Shown here piece after piece: positions 1 through 10,579 of a stretch of 64,000 nt of DNA. The stretch lies in contig CBDCKW010000009.1 in assembly GCA_965218435.1 (NCBI GenBank), forward strand, positions 480,001 to 544,000, written 5' to 3'. The notes under the pieces were generated by a model. The model had not been told where the DNA came from, made no database searches, and was given only the letters and a program-made list of their open reading frames with translations. The translations under genes and the position numbers were made by a program. This DNA comes from Truepera sp. Lineage in GTDB: Bacteria; Deinococcota; Deinococci; Deinococcales; Trueperaceae. Position 1 is the first letter of the stretch, and each line of letters starts with the position of its first letter.

Positions 1-233
1 GCGGCAACACTGCCACCGGGGGTATCAATCTCAAAAACGACCGCCAGGGGTTGTTTAGCTGCAGCCTCTTCTAACCTCGAGCTAACAAATTGCGCCGTCG
101 CAGGCGTAATCACACCTTCAATGGGTACGACCCAGACCGGACGCGGTGCCTGCGCCGCGCCCCAAGCTGCAGTGAGTAAGGTTAAAAACGCAAGGCTCCA
201 CCGTCTCCAAAAGCCTTTCGGTGTCTTTTGCAT
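1..233 (-). CDS. NfeD-family membrane-bound serine protease (ClpP class), 5' part only
   Basis: Own translation from ATG at 233: MQKTPKGFWRRWSLAFLTLLTAAWGAAQAPRPVWVVPIEGVITPATAQFVSSRLEEAAAKQPLAVVFEIDTPGGSVA. Signal peptide plus the NfeD IDTPGG motif; runs off the window edge. Confidence 0.8.
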   Translation of the reverse strand, partial: MQKTPKGFWRRWSLAFLTLLTAAWGAAQAPRPVWVVPIEGVITPATAQFVSSRLEEAAAKQPLAVVFEIDTPGGSVA

Positions 234-376
234 ATAGCTTAAGTATAAGGGTTGGTGCAGTACGAACGGCTCTATCCGGCGACGCACAGAAACTTCGCCC
301 ACTCACCCTCAGCCCACGCCCGACATTGCGGTCTATATGCCTGAACTGCGGCGGCGCTAGGCTATAATGGGACGTT

Positions 377-625
377 ATGCTTTTTCTTTCCCTTATCTGT
401 TTTGCGCTCGCAATCCTCGGGGTGTTCTGGGTTTTGCGCACCTTTAGAACCAGCGACGAAACGCCGACTGAACGCGCCGACCTCGACAAAGCGGGCGGTA
501 TCATCTTTACGGTGGTCTGCGTCTGTGTGGGCGGCGTCGCCCTCTATCTTTACGCGAGCGGCTTTTTGGCCCCGGCGCAAGGGCTCGAGCCCAACACCAG
601 CGTTCAGCTCGTTCAGCTTGTCTAA
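377..625 (+). CDS. Small two-TM membrane protein, hypothetical
   Basis: 82 aa with two hydrophobic segments; TATAAT at 363-368 lies 8 nt before the ATG. Confidence 0.65.
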   Translation: MLFLSLICFALAILGVFWVLRTFRTSDETPTERADLDKAGGIIFTVVCVCVGGVALYLYASGFLAPAQGLEPNTSVQLVQLV

Positions 626-741
626 ATACCTACAAGCCCAAGGTTTTATCCGTAAAGCTTGCTCGTATTTTGTACACCTTAAAGCCTGACTTTTTAGCGA
701 ACACCTCGCGGCGTTTCTAGCGAAGTCGGGCGAAACTTTTT

Positions 742-903
742 CTAGTCGTTAGGTTGAAGGTCGGTAAAGACCTGTCCCGAAAGTAAGTAGATGATATCGC
801 TAAGGTCAACCGCTTCTTCGAGGCAGCTCACTTCGATCTCGAGCTGCTGCTTTTCTGAGAGCGACCACCACCAGAGGAGGGCGTTGGGGGAAAGGTCTTT
901 CAT
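742..903 (-). CDS. Small acidic hypothetical protein (53 aa), not in the ORF track
   Basis: Own translation MKDLSPNALLWWWSLSEKQQLEIEVSCLEEAVDLSDIIYLLSGQVFTDLQPND*; -10-like TAAAGT 6 nt before the ATG. Confidence 0.5.
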   Translation of the reverse strand: MKDLSPNALLWWWSLSEKQQLEIEVSCLEEAVDLSDIIYLLSGQVFTDLQPND

Positions 904-1026
904 GCTCACACTTTACCGGCTAAGGTACAGGTTCTTAGGTAAAAGTTTGGCATCTGCAAGGCCATTTACGGATTGTGAAATACTCTACGGTTGAGCTAGT
1001 GTTCATCGGCAACGTTATTTAGTTCA

Positions 1027-2523
1027 TCAGCTGAGGTCTCGAGTCGCTTTTAGCAGGGCTTGGGCCTGGGCGCGTTTTTCGTTTAACCGGGCGTGATTTT
1101 TGGGGTCAGGCGTCAACTCGGTTCTTGCTCCTTCTGAGACTAGCTGAGCAGCTTCCTCGAGATTCACCCAGCCGAGGGCAACCTGGGCAAAAAGGGCCGC
1201 ACCGATGCCTGAAGCGTCGGCGACAGGGTTGAGTTCGGTCTTCGTGCCGAGCACGTCCGTGAGAAGCTGAGCCCAAAAAGGGGAACGGGTCACACCCCCG
1301 GCGAGTTGTACCGGTAACGCGTTAGGTTTAAGCAGTTCGTACACATCCGCTAACGAGAAGGCGACGCCCTCGAGCCCCGCCCGCGCAAGGTCGGCGCGGG
1401 TGTGGTATCTGCCGACGCCGAACATGCTTGCGCGGAGCGACGCATCCCAGTGCGGCGTGCGTTCCCCCGTCAGGTAAGGCAAACAGATGATGTTGCTCGG
1501 TTTTGCGCCGGCAGCGTCTTTTAAGAGCTGCTCGAACCCTTCAGCTTGGGGAAGCTCGCTGTACAAGGTGGCGCGGAGCCACTCGAGCGCCAAGCCGCCG
1601 TTGTTGATCGCGCCGCCCGCAAAGTAGTACCCTCCAGTGAGCAAGTAGCACCAGGTCAGCCCTTCGGGGCCGAGCTGCGGCGCGGGGGCAACCTGCCGCA
1701 CTGCGCCGCTCGTTCCAACCGTGACGACGGTCTCTCCGGGCCGAACGACGCCGGAACCCAAGTTAGCCAAGCCGCCGTCGCTGCTACCGGCAAAAATGGG
1801 GAGTCCGGCGGTGAGCCCGGTCGCTGCGGCTGCTCCTGACGTCAGAGTGCTGAGCCGGTCGGTTGCTCCGATCAGTTCAGGCAGCGCCGCTGCGGAGATA
1901 CCCGCCAAGGCCAGGGCGTCGTCAAACCAGCGCACCTTGTGAATGTCTAAAAGTCCGGTGGTCGAGGCCATGCCCACGTCCGTTGCCAAGGTTCCGGTCA
2001 GCCGGTAAGCGACGTAATCTTTCAGCGAGACGAAGGTGTGGGCACGGCTGAAAAGCTCCGGTTGCGCCGCCCGAAACCAGCGCAGCCGCGCCGGGTGATA
2101 GGGCGTTTGTAGTGGGCAACCCGTCGCCTCGTAGAGCCGTCTAGCAGCTGCAAGATCGTCGGGAACGACTTTTTTAGCGCGGCTGTCGGCCCACGTGGTT
2201 GCGTTACCGAGCGGTTCGGCGTCTTTACCGAGCGGCAAAATGCTGTGCATCGCGCCGCCTAGCGCCATCCCTGCGGGGCGCGGCAACCCTTGCTCGGACA
2301 ACCAGCCGGAGAGTTCTTTAAGACTCTGGCAAACCGCTCTCCAAATGGCGTGCGGGTCTTGTTCGGCCCGCCCAGAACGGTCGGTTAAGAGCGGATACGT
2401 TGCCGACTTCAGGCCCAAAACTTTTCCTGCAGAGCTGAGCGCGACGGCCTTACACCCGGTGGTACCAAGGTCAAGTCCAAGTGTCAGGGCGTCTGTTAAG
2501 GGTGTCATGATAGGTGCGTCCAT
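1027..2523 (-). CDS. FGGY-family carbohydrate kinase, gluconokinase-like
   Basis: GLDLGTTGCK, WADSRA, TVGTSGAVR and PYLTGERTP motifs. Confidence 0.85.
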   Translation of the reverse strand: MDAPIMTPLTDALTLGLDLGTTGCKAVALSSAGKVLGLKSATYPLLTDRSGRAEQDPHAIWRAVCQSLKELSGWLSEQGLPRPAGMALGGAMHSILPLGKDAEPLGNATTWADSRAKKVVPDDLAAARRLYEATGCPLQTPYHPARLRWFRAAQPELFSRAHTFVSLKDYVAYRLTGTLATDVGMASTTGLLDIHKVRWFDDALALAGISAAALPELIGATDRLSTLTSGAAAATGLTAGLPIFAGSSDGGLANLGSGVVRPGETVVTVGTSGAVRQVAPAPQLGPEGLTWCYLLTGGYYFAGGAINNGGLALEWLRATLYSELPQAEGFEQLLKDAAGAKPSNIICLPYLTGERTPHWDASLRASMFGVGRYHTRADLARAGLEGVAFSLADVYELLKPNALPVQLAGGVTRSPFWAQLLTDVLGTKTELNPVADASGIGAALFAQVALGWVNLEEAAQLVSEGARTELTPDPKNHARLNEKRAQAQALLKATRDLS

Positions 2524-2629
2524 GAAAGTTTTAGCTTAACCCGTCGGTGCTCTTACTTCCCTATGTTTGAAGCTTATAAAGAGTCAGCTCGAGCTTACAA
2601 CTGCTTACAGCGTCGCTACACAGGCGCTG

Positions 2630-4123
2630 CTATTTGGACCTGGTACTTGCTAAAAGCCGGTAAAAGCGGCCGTAGGCATCGTCCCAAGCTTCACTGTGTT
2701 GTGGTTCGTAGGTCGTTTGCTCCCCCGACGCTGAGGCGACGGCTCGAGCCGCCCCTAAATCAGGTAAAAAACCCCGTGCCAGTGCCTGCATCATCAGGTT
2801 GCCGAGCGCCGTCGCTTCGGCGGGACCGGCCACGACCGGGCGGTGGCAGGCGTTGGCGGTGTACTGACACAGCAGCGTATTTTGCGAGCCGCCGCCGACG
2901 ATCCGCACGACCTCCATCGGGGCGGCAGTGAGGGACTCGAGGTCGTCCAATACGCTCCGGTATTTGAGGGCGAGGCTTTCTAAGCAGCAGCGCACCAGCT
3001 CGCCGACGCTCTGCGGTTCCGGCTCACCGTGGTCGCGGCAAAAGGTACGGATGGCGTCCGGCATACTGTCCGGGTTTAAGAACGTCTCCGCGCTGGGGTC
3101 AATCAAGCTGTGAAACGCGGGTGCTTGCTCGCCCAAGGCCAACAGCTCCTCCCAGGTTGAATCATGACCCTCTGCGGCCCACTGTTTACGGCACTCCTGT
3201 AACAGCCACAAGCCCGCCACATTTTTAAGCAGCCGGACACTACCCCGTTTACCGTCGCCGACGCCGCTTTCATTGGTAAAGTCCAGGGCCAACGCCTCAG
3301 TGCTCAGGACGGGCTCGGCGATTTCGGTTCCAACGAGGCTCCAAGTCCCCGAGCTGACGAACATCCCGCCGCCTGAGATGGCGGCAACTGCGCTCGCGGT
3401 GTCGTGGCTGGCTGGCGCGATGACGGGCGTGTCGGGTGAGAGGCGGGTGTCTTTAGCCACGCCGGGGTGAAGCGTTCCTAAAACGGTTCCGGGCGGAACC
3501 AAAGGCGGCAAGATATAACCGGGTAGCCCTAACGTTTCTAAAAGATCGTTATCCCACCGCCGTGTCCTTGCATCTAACAGCTGACTGGTCGAGGCGACCG
3601 TCGTCTCTCCCATAGCCTCACCGGTGAGCCAGTAGTGGAACAGGTCGGGCATCATCAGGAGAGTCTCTGCCGCTGCTAATTGCGGACTCTCTTTCATACT
3701 GTAGAGCTGGTAGAGCGTGTTGATCTGCATAAATTGCAACCCGGTACGGCGGTAGAGCTCGAGCTTTGGAACGTGCTCAAACACCCGTTCCATCACCCCG
3801 TCGGTGCGTGCGTCGCGGTAGTGGTGCGGGTTGCCGAGAAGGTTACCGCGCCCGTCCAGCAGCGCAAAATCTACGCCCCAGGTGTCTACGCCGATGCCTG
3901 CAAGGGGTACCTGAATCTCACGAGCATAGCCTTGCAGCGCCTCCTGAAGCTGACGCCACAGCGCGAGCACATCCCAGTAAAGACTGTCTCTGACCCTTAC
4001 CGGGCCGTTGGCAAAGCGGCGGAGTTCACGCAGCTCGAAGCGTTCACCCGTTAGCGTGCCGAGCAACACGCGGCCGCTCGAGGCCCCCAAATCAACGGCC
4101 AGAAAGTTCGCTGACTCAGCCAT
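2630..4123 (-). CDS. rhaB: Rhamnulokinase-family sugar kinase
   Basis: AVDLGASSGR, GVDTWGVDF, HYRDART, HDTASAV, SSGTWSL, GPAEATALGN. Confidence 0.88.
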   Translation of the reverse strand: MAESANFLAVDLGASSGRVLLGTLTGERFELRELRRFANGPVRVRDSLYWDVLALWRQLQEALQGYAREIQVPLAGIGVDTWGVDFALLDGRGNLLGNPHHYRDARTDGVMERVFEHVPKLELYRRTGLQFMQINTLYQLYSMKESPQLAAAETLLMMPDLFHYWLTGEAMGETTVASTSQLLDARTRRWDNDLLETLGLPGYILPPLVPPGTVLGTLHPGVAKDTRLSPDTPVIAPASHDTASAVAAISGGGMFVSSGTWSLVGTEIAEPVLSTEALALDFTNESGVGDGKRGSVRLLKNVAGLWLLQECRKQWAAEGHDSTWEELLALGEQAPAFHSLIDPSAETFLNPDSMPDAIRTFCRDHGEPEPQSVGELVRCCLESLALKYRSVLDDLESLTAAPMEVVRIVGGGSQNTLLCQYTANACHRPVVAGPAEATALGNLMMQALARGFLPDLGAARAVASASGEQTTYEPQHSEAWDDAYGRFYRLLASTRSK

Positions 4124-4884
4124 TATTCAACCAACCGTTTACGGCGGTAGTGCTCGTCTAGTCGGTTATCAATCCGTGCGACTTCTTCTTGGGGTAAAAA
4201 ACGCGGCCCCCCAAGCGCGTAGGTACCTGCGAGCGTCCGCGCCCACTTGTCCGCCATCAAGGTGATATTCAGAGCTTCACGGGCGCTGCCGCCGAGCGCG
4301 ACTAGGCCGTGATTTTCCAGCAGCAGCAGTTTCGGCGGCGTGCCGTAAGTGTCTTTATACCGCCCCAGTTCCGCCTGTACCGCTTTGGCGAGGCCGAAAC
4401 CGGGGTCTACATAGGGCACGACCGCCGGAGCGCGGCCACAAACGACCACCGCGTCGGGGAAGATGTGCTGACGAAACGGTTCGGCCCCGAGCGTGCTGCA
4501 TAAAATCTGGTTGACGGCCTCTGCGTGCGTGTGCGCCACCCAGCTTGCGCCACCCGTAAGACAGAGCGCGTGTAAAAACGTCTCAACCGAGGGTCTTTTT
4601 TGTGCCGGGTCAACCTGTGCGCTCACGAGCACCGACTCGACTTCCGCTTCGCTCAACGTTTCGTGCTCGAGCGGCCTCAGCACCTCGTCAAAACGGACTT
4701 GAGTCAGGTCAGCAGGGGAGAGCGTGCCCAAACTGCTGCCTGACGCCTTGACCCAAAACGTCGCATCGTCAGCCCTAGCACTGACGTTGCCTTCGCCTAA
4801 AATCGCCAGAGCCCTGGCCGGGTCGCCAAGAGTTTGGGCAAGATCGGTAAGCTCTTGTTGAAGCGTGGATTGAAATTCAGTCAC
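4123..4884 (-). CDS. Class II aldolase/adducin-family protein (rhamnulose-1-P aldolase-like)
   Basis: [23 protein letters not shown] and LENHGL metal-binding motifs; overlaps the rhaB start. Confidence 0.85.
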   Translation of the reverse strand: MTEFQSTLQQELTDLAQTLGDPARALAILGEGNVSARADDATFWVKASGSSLGTLSPADLTQVRFDEVLRPLEHETLSEAEVESVLVSAQVDPAQKRPSVETFLHALCLTGGASWVAHTHAEAVNQILCSTLGAEPFRQHIFPDAVVVCGRAPAVVPYVDPGFGLAKAVQAELGRYKDTYGTPPKLLLLENHGLVALGGSAREALNITLMADKWARTLAGTYALGGPRFLPQEEVARIDNRLDEHYRRKRLVE

Positions 4885-4919
4885 GGTGACCCCAATATAG
4901 AGATGTGATACCTAAAGTT

Positions 4920-4947
4920 ACACCCGTAGCTTTAGTGCTACGGGTGT
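4920..4947 (-). terminator. 11-bp stem-loop downstream of the binding-protein gene (mRNA-stabilising or partial terminator)
   Basis: ACACCCGTAGC-tttagt-GCTACGGGTGT perfect inverted repeat, no clear U-tract. Confidence 0.6.
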
Positions 4948-4976
4948 TCTCTTCAGCGTTTGCCAGCTGTCCCAAC

Positions 4977-6095
4977 CTAAAAGTCAAAATCGTTGATGTT
5001 CTTACTGGTAAAGATGAAGGGTGCGCCGAGCAAGATTTCTGAACCGTTGACAATCTGCAGATCGCCCAACCGTCCGGCGGAGACGGTTTTTGAGTCGGGC
5101 GTCAGCGTCCCGTCAGCGACTGCTCGTAACGTGTAGGCGGCGGCGTACCCGAGGTCAACCGGGTTCCAGAGCACCACCGATTTGACGCAGTCCGAGGCGA
5201 CGTAGGGTTTCATATCGTTGGGTGTCGCCAGCCCGATGACGGCCACCTCACCACAGAGTCCGGCTTGGGTTACGGCGTCCGCCGATGAAGGCGTCGCGAC
5301 GCTCGTCATCCCGAAGATCCCGTCCAAATCATTGCCGTATTTATTGATTAAAGTATTGGCCTGATTAAACGATTGCACGGCGTCTTCCTGGGCCTCGAGG
5401 GTTTCTAGCCACTTCATGTTTGGAAAACACGATTCTTGATACGCCTGCATCTCGGCGATCCAGCGGGCTTGGTTGGGCGTCGTAAAGGTGCTCGTGACGA
5501 TGCCGAACTGCGCGTCTTCACCTTTTTCGGCGGCCATGCTGTCGATCATCGCCTTAGCGATACCGTTAAACTCGGCTTGATTGACAAACCACTCGCGCGC
5601 GTCGGGTTGGCTGTTGGCGTCGTAACCAATCACGTGAATCCCTTTGGCGAGCGCCCGCTTCAAGACCGGTGAAATGGCTACCGGGTCGTTGGCGGCGAAC
5701 AAAATACCCTGAACGCTGCCGCTCGAGATGTAGTTCTCCAAAACCGCAATCTGATCGTCGATGTTGGCTTCGGTCGGGCCGTCGGTACGCCCGGTCATGT
5801 TGCCAAGTTCTTTTGCGGCCTCCTGAATCCCTTGCGTCGTCGCGTTGAAGTAGCCGATGCCGACGAGTTTAGGAACATCTACAAAGCTGAGCGGTTTATC
5901 TTTGAGGTCGGGTGCGCCGCTGACGCTGCCGCCGTCGTAAGGTTGTGACGCGGGGGCAGGCGCAGCCTCAGTGCCGCAAGGGAGCGGGTTGGTCGGCAAG
6001 GTATCAGCGCCGTCCCATGAGCCTTGGGCCAAGCTGACGCTGCTGATACCAAGAAGTGAGGCGGTGGCGAGTGCGGCTACAAGTTTAAGGTGCAT
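4977..6095 (-). CDS. Sugar ABC transporter substrate-binding protein (RhaS/LsrB-like)
   Basis: Signal peptide; PKLVGIGYF, DGPTEA, LWNPVDLGY, C-terminal FDF; GGAGG RBS before the ATG at 6095. Confidence 0.88.
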   Translation of the reverse strand: MHLKLVAALATASLLGISSVSLAQGSWDGADTLPTNPLPCGTEAAPAPASQPYDGGSVSGAPDLKDKPLSFVDVPKLVGIGYFNATTQGIQEAAKELGNMTGRTDGPTEANIDDQIAVLENYISSGSVQGILFAANDPVAISPVLKRALAKGIHVIGYDANSQPDAREWFVNQAEFNGIAKAMIDSMAAEKGEDAQFGIVTSTFTTPNQARWIAEMQAYQESCFPNMKWLETLEAQEDAVQSFNQANTLINKYGNDLDGIFGMTSVATPSSADAVTQAGLCGEVAVIGLATPNDMKPYVASDCVKSVVLWNPVDLGYAAAYTLRAVADGTLTPDSKTVSAGRLGDLQIVNGSEILLGAPFIFTSKNINDFDF

Positions 6096-6154
6096 ATATC
6101 CTCCGGTGAAACAGTGAGTGGTTGGGGGCAAGGGCTTGCTGATGAATTCACGTT

Positions 6155-7144
6155 CTACATAGACCCTCCTCGAAGACGCTGAATCAGGTTGTTAACTAAG
6201 ATGGCCAAAATGAGGGTGCTGCCGATAACGATAATCGTCGCGTCGCTCGTGACGCCGGTCAGGGCTAAACCGTTTTTAAGCAGCTGAATTAAGACGAGAC
6301 CCAAAATCGTCCCGAAGATGCTGCCCCGGCCACCGAAGATGCTGGTACCGCCCAACACCACAGCGGCGATGGCGTCGAGCTCGAGCCCCGTCCCCATATC
6401 GCTGCGGGTGGTGGTGACTCTCGAGACGAAGATAATCGCCGCAAGCGCCGCCATCAGGCCGGAAAAGCTGTAGATGATAACCAGATTACGACCGACCGGA
6501 AGCCCCGAAAACCGTGCGCCGATGGGGTTGTTGCCGAGCGCGTAGAGCGAGCGCCCAAGCGTCGTACTTCGCAGCACTACCGCTGACAAGGCCGCCATGA
6601 TGATAAAGGCCCAGAGCTGTACGGGGAGTCCAGCCACCGTTCCCTGACCGAACCAAAAAAACCATTCGGGGTAGCCCGTTACGCTTCTCGCCTGACTGAT
6701 GCCCTGCGCCAAGCCCCGGTAAAGCGCCAGCGTCGCCAGCGTCATAATCAGCGGCGGGACGCCGACCCGGACGATCAACGCAGCGTTAAACATCCCTGCC
6801 AAGATACCGACTAGCAGCACCAACACGAGCACCAAGCCGAGCGGTAGTCCCAACCCCTGCCAGAGCACCCCGAGCAAAATGGCGCAAAGTCCTAAAATTG
6901 AGCCGACCGAGAGATCAATCCCGCCCGTAACGATAATAAACGTCATCGGCAACGCGACGAGACCGACTTCGCTCATCAAACGGCCCTGATTGATAAGGTT
7001 GCTCGCCGTAAAAAACGCTTTGCTGCGGCTTGCCAGCACTGCCACGACAACGACCAAAATAACGAATAAAATCCCCTCTTGGCTCAGCACAACGTTGCGC
7101 ACGCGTTTTCCCAAATTAGGTGTTTGCGTGGTTTGCCGTGTCAC
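6155..7144 (-). CDS. Sugar ABC transporter permease
   Basis: GGIDLSVGS and ELDAIAAVVLGGTSIFGGRG; GTG start overlaps the upstream TGA (GTGA at 7141-7144). Confidence 0.9.
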   Translation of the reverse strand: MTRQTTQTPNLGKRVRNVVLSQEGILFVILVVVVAVLASRSKAFFTASNLINQGRLMSEVGLVALPMTFIIVTGGIDLSVGSILGLCAILLGVLWQGLGLPLGLVLVLVLLVGILAGMFNAALIVRVGVPPLIMTLATLALYRGLAQGISQARSVTGYPEWFFWFGQGTVAGLPVQLWAFIIMAALSAVVLRSTTLGRSLYALGNNPIGARFSGLPVGRNLVIIYSFSGLMAALAAIIFVSRVTTTRSDMGTGLELDAIAAVVLGGTSIFGGRGSIFGTILGLVLIQLLKNGLALTGVTSDATIIVIGSTLILAILVNNLIQRLRGGSM

Positions 7145-8520
7145 AGCAGCTGCCTCCGGCGTCTGAGCAGGTCGAGCAAGACGGTCACGAGAATCAGCAC
7201 GCCTTGCACCGCCTGAATCCAAAACGGTGAGACGTTGACAAAAATCATCCCTGAACGGATGGTGTTGAGCAAGATGGCTGCCAGCATCGCACCGATGACG
7301 GTGCCTTTACCGCCTAAAATGCTGACCCCGCCGACGACGGCGGCGGTGATGACGAAGAGCTCGAGGCTCGGGGGCGGTGTCGGCTGAATGACGTTGAGCT
7401 GCGTCGCGTACAAGACGGCGGCGATGCCCGCAAAGACCCCATTCAGGACAAAGACCTGCAGTACCAACCGCGTCTGCGAAAATCCCGAGAGCCGCGCCGC
7501 CTCTGCGTTCCCGCCGAGCGCGTAAAACGCTCTGCCCAGGCCGCTGTAACGGAGCCAGAGCGCCGCCGAGAGCGTCAACACGACCATAAAATAAACCGAC
7601 ATCGGCACGCCGAGGGGCCGCGCCTGCGCCAGATAAAACGCCTCCGGCATCCCGGTCACGCGTTTGCCGCTCGTCCAAATAATCAAAATGCCTTTTAAGA
7701 TGCTGAGCATCCCGAGCGTGACGACAATCGAAGGAATCCTTAAATACGCGACGAACGCCCCGATCACGGCCCCGACGCCGCCCCCGATAACCAGCGGCAC
7801 GAGCCACGCGACGACGACGGGCGCGTCGTTCACGACTAAACGCCCACTGATGATGGCTAACAAGCCGATCAAAGACCCGATTGAAATATCAATGTTGCCG
7901 GTGATGATGACCATTGACATGCCGATGGCCGCAACCGCGATATAGGCGTTGCCCTGCAAGATGTCGAGCAGATTGCGTTCGGCTAAAAAACGCGGATTGT
8001 TCAGCCCGACGATGATAAACAGTGCGACTAACGCCACCACGATGACGCTCTCTTGGTTGGCTAACAGGCGGTTTAGCCGGTATTCGGGCGGCGCAGCGGC
8101 GCGTGGGAGGGCAAGTTGCATGACCATCACGGCCCCGAGCGCCAGCATGGACCAGAAGCCCAAGCCCATCGCGTTGAGGTACGTTCCTTCATCACCGCGG
8201 TATGAGAGAAAAAAGACGGCGAAGTATTCTAAAACCAAAACGCCGCCGAGCGCGGTCACAGCAGAAGCGGCCCGGTTAAGCTGTCGGTTCGTCAAGCCCC
8301 AGGCCCCGGCCAGCAGTGTAATCCCGGCAGCGAAGAGGATAAGCTGTGCGCCGTTGGTCTCGAGGTCAAACTCGTTGGCGTCTCTCGAGGCGTTGACCGC
8401 CGGAAAGGTGCTCGGCCCCAGCGTCGGTTGGTTCACGAAGGGCAAGAAGATATAGGCAACAAGAAGACCTGCGCCAAGTAAGAGAGGCAACCAAGCCAGC
8501 GGTGAACGGACGGCGCTCAC
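7141..8520 (-). CDS. Sugar ABC transporter permease with an extra ~150-aa N-terminal membrane domain
   Basis: GNIDISIGS and [20 protein letters not shown] in the C-terminal ~310 aa. Confidence 0.88.
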   Translation of the reverse strand: MSAVRSPLAWLPLLLGAGLLVAYIFLPFVNQPTLGPSTFPAVNASRDANEFDLETNGAQLILFAAGITLLAGAWGLTNRQLNRAASAVTALGGVLVLEYFAVFFLSYRGDEGTYLNAMGLGFWSMLALGAVMVMQLALPRAAAPPEYRLNRLLANQESVIVVALVALFIIVGLNNPRFLAERNLLDILQGNAYIAVAAIGMSMVIITGNIDISIGSLIGLLAIISGRLVVNDAPVVVAWLVPLVIGGGVGAVIGAFVAYLRIPSIVVTLGMLSILKGILIIWTSGKRVTGMPEAFYLAQARPLGVPMSVYFMVVLTLSAALWLRYSGLGRAFYALGGNAEAARLSGFSQTRLVLQVFVLNGVFAGIAAVLYATQLNVIQPTPPPSLELFVITAAVVGGVSILGGKGTVIGAMLAAILLNTIRSGMIFVNVSPFWIQAVQGVLILVTVLLDLLRRRRQLL

Positions 8521-10040
8521 GCTGCGACCTGCTTGCCGACCTGCTCACTCATCATCGCGCCGCCGACCTTTTCCGGGGTGGCCTCGTCCCGTGAAAACTC
8601 CGCTACAATCCGGCCCTCACGCATGACCAGCACCCGGTCGCTCATCCCTAAAATTTCGGGCAGTTCCGACGAGATCATCAAAATCGCTAAGCCCTGCTCT
8701 GCTGCGAGCTGACCGATCAACCGGTGAATCTCAGCTTTCGCGCCCACATCAACGCCGCGCGTGGGTTCGTCGATAATCAGGACTTTAGGACTACTCGCTA
8801 ACCACTTGCCCACTACAACTTTTTGCTGATTGCCGCCCGAAAGCGTTCCGACGAGTTGTTCAGGGCCGTACGCGCGGATGCCGAACTTTTTGATGGCCTC
8901 TCGTGCTAGGGTTCGCTCTCGGCCCGTGCTGATAAAGCCGCCCCTGGCGACCTGCTCGAGCACCGCCAGCGAGGTATTTTCACGCACGTTCATCTCTTTG
9001 ATGAGCCCTTGGGTGCCCCGGTCTTCGGGAACATAGGCAACGCCGTGCGCGACCGCTTGGGTGGGGTCCCGGATCGTGACGGGTTGACCGGCGACCAAAA
9101 TCTCACCGCTCTGCGCCGGCAGCGTGCCGAAAATGGCCTGCGCCGTTTCAGAGCGGCCTGAGCCGACGAGTCCGGCGAGCCCGACGATTTCACCGGCCCG
9201 AAGTATCAATGAGACGTCGTGTGTGTGCGGTTCGCGGCTGACGTGGCGGAGCTCGAGCACCACCTCACCTACTTGGCTGGGTTGTTTGGGAAACAGCGTC
9301 CCGACGTCGCGCCCGACCATCATGCTGATCAGCTCACGTTCGCTCGTATCCGCCACGTCTTGGGTGCCGATATATTGCCCGTCACGCAGCACGCTCACCC
9401 GGTCGGCGAGTTCAAAAACCTCACTGAGTTTGTGCGAGATATAGACGATGCCGACGCCCCGGTCACGGAGCAGCCGAGTTGTGCGGAAGAGGTGCAAGGT
9501 GTCTGTCTCACCGAGCGCCGCGGTCGGTTCATCCATAATCAGCAGCTTGGCGTTCAGGGAGAGCGCCTTGGCAATCTCGATGCGTTGCCGGTTGCCGATA
9601 CTGAGCGCCCCGACTTTGCCGCGCACGTCCAAATTGTACACATCCAACTCGGCCAACAGCTCCTTGGCGCGGCGAAACATCGTGTCCCAGTCCATCACGC
9701 TAAAAGGTCCGACGCGGCGGTAGAGCGCGTGACCCATAAAGATATTTTCAGCGACCGTGAGTTCGGGGTAGAGGCTCAGCTCTTGATAGATCGTATTGAT
9801 GCCGAGTTTTTGCGCGTCTCTAGGCGTGTTAAACCGAACCGGCTGCCCCGCAAAACGCAGCTCGCCGCTGTCGGGTTGATGCACCCCGGCAATCGTCTTG
9901 ATCAGCGTAGATTTGCCCGCACCGTTCTCGCCTAAAAGTGCGTGAACTTCACCGGCCCGCACGTCGAAACTGACGTTCTGAAGTGCCTGAACCCCGGCAA
10001 AACTTTTGGATACGCCCGTCAGTTCTAACAGCGTGGTCAT
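8517..10040 (-). CDS. Sugar ABC transporter ATP-binding protein (two ATPase domains)
   Basis: [35 protein letters not shown]. Confidence 0.95.
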   Translation of the reverse strand: MTTLLELTGVSKSFAGVQALQNVSFDVRAGEVHALLGENGAGKSTLIKTIAGVHQPDSGELRFAGQPVRFNTPRDAQKLGINTIYQELSLYPELTVAENIFMGHALYRRVGPFSVMDWDTMFRRAKELLAELDVYNLDVRGKVGALSIGNRQRIEIAKALSLNAKLLIMDEPTAALGETDTLHLFRTTRLLRDRGVGIVYISHKLSEVFELADRVSVLRDGQYIGTQDVADTSERELISMMVGRDVGTLFPKQPSQVGEVVLELRHVSREPHTHDVSLILRAGEIVGLAGLVGSGRSETAQAIFGTLPAQSGEILVAGQPVTIRDPTQAVAHGVAYVPEDRGTQGLIKEMNVRENTSLAVLEQVARGGFISTGRERTLAREAIKKFGIRAYGPEQLVGTLSGGNQQKVVVGKWLASSPKVLIIDEPTRGVDVGAKAEIHRLIGQLAAEQGLAILMISSELPEILGMSDRVLVMREGRIVAEFSRDEATPEKVGGAMMSEQVGKQVAA

Positions 10041-10579
10041 GATCCCGGCAAGTTGTCAGGAAGGTACGTCAGCTGCCGGTAAAACGTATAAAGATAACGC
10101 GCCGAGGACAAACCTGCACCCCTTTAACTCATACGCCGCCGGATAACTGCTGTACCGACGCTCTAGACAGGTTCGTCAGCACCTTACGGCTCGAGGTTAA
10201 GTTGTTACGCCAAAGCGTAGCACGACCTCACACAAACGCGCAAGCACAATACTAAAACAGTGCTACAACTGTTAAAAAATGTGAGAAACAATTGTGAGGG
10301 GTGCGTTATCGGCTTGGTTTTGCCAAAACTTATACCCATTCGAACCGCTAGGTCAGGTACGGGACTACTGACTGCTTATACGGTTGTCTTCTAAGTACGC
10401 GGGACTTTTCTAAGCCAGCACGTCTTGCTTACTTCTTCGTGATCTGCTGCAAACGTCCCAAGCTGGTCTCACGCCAACGAAGTATGAACGCTGGCTACAT
10501 TGCAAGCCCAGCTTGGCGGCATGTTAAATCTCTCACTTTCGGCCCAGCGGTACGGCTGTGCTTGCTACACTGCGGGAGC

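Noticed and set aside
4977..6095. AI-2 receptor LsrB / lsr quorum-sensing operon
   Set aside because: PKLVG is shared, but LsrB's TDQ and APDA segments read TPNQ and GMTS here; neighbours are RhaB-like kinase and class II aldolase, not lsrK/F/G/R.
9219..9935. Long antisense or overlapping ORFs (e.g. 9219..9935, 15933..16535, 50982..51659)
   Set aside because: Shadow frames of well-supported genes in GC-rich DNA, with no recognisable motifs.
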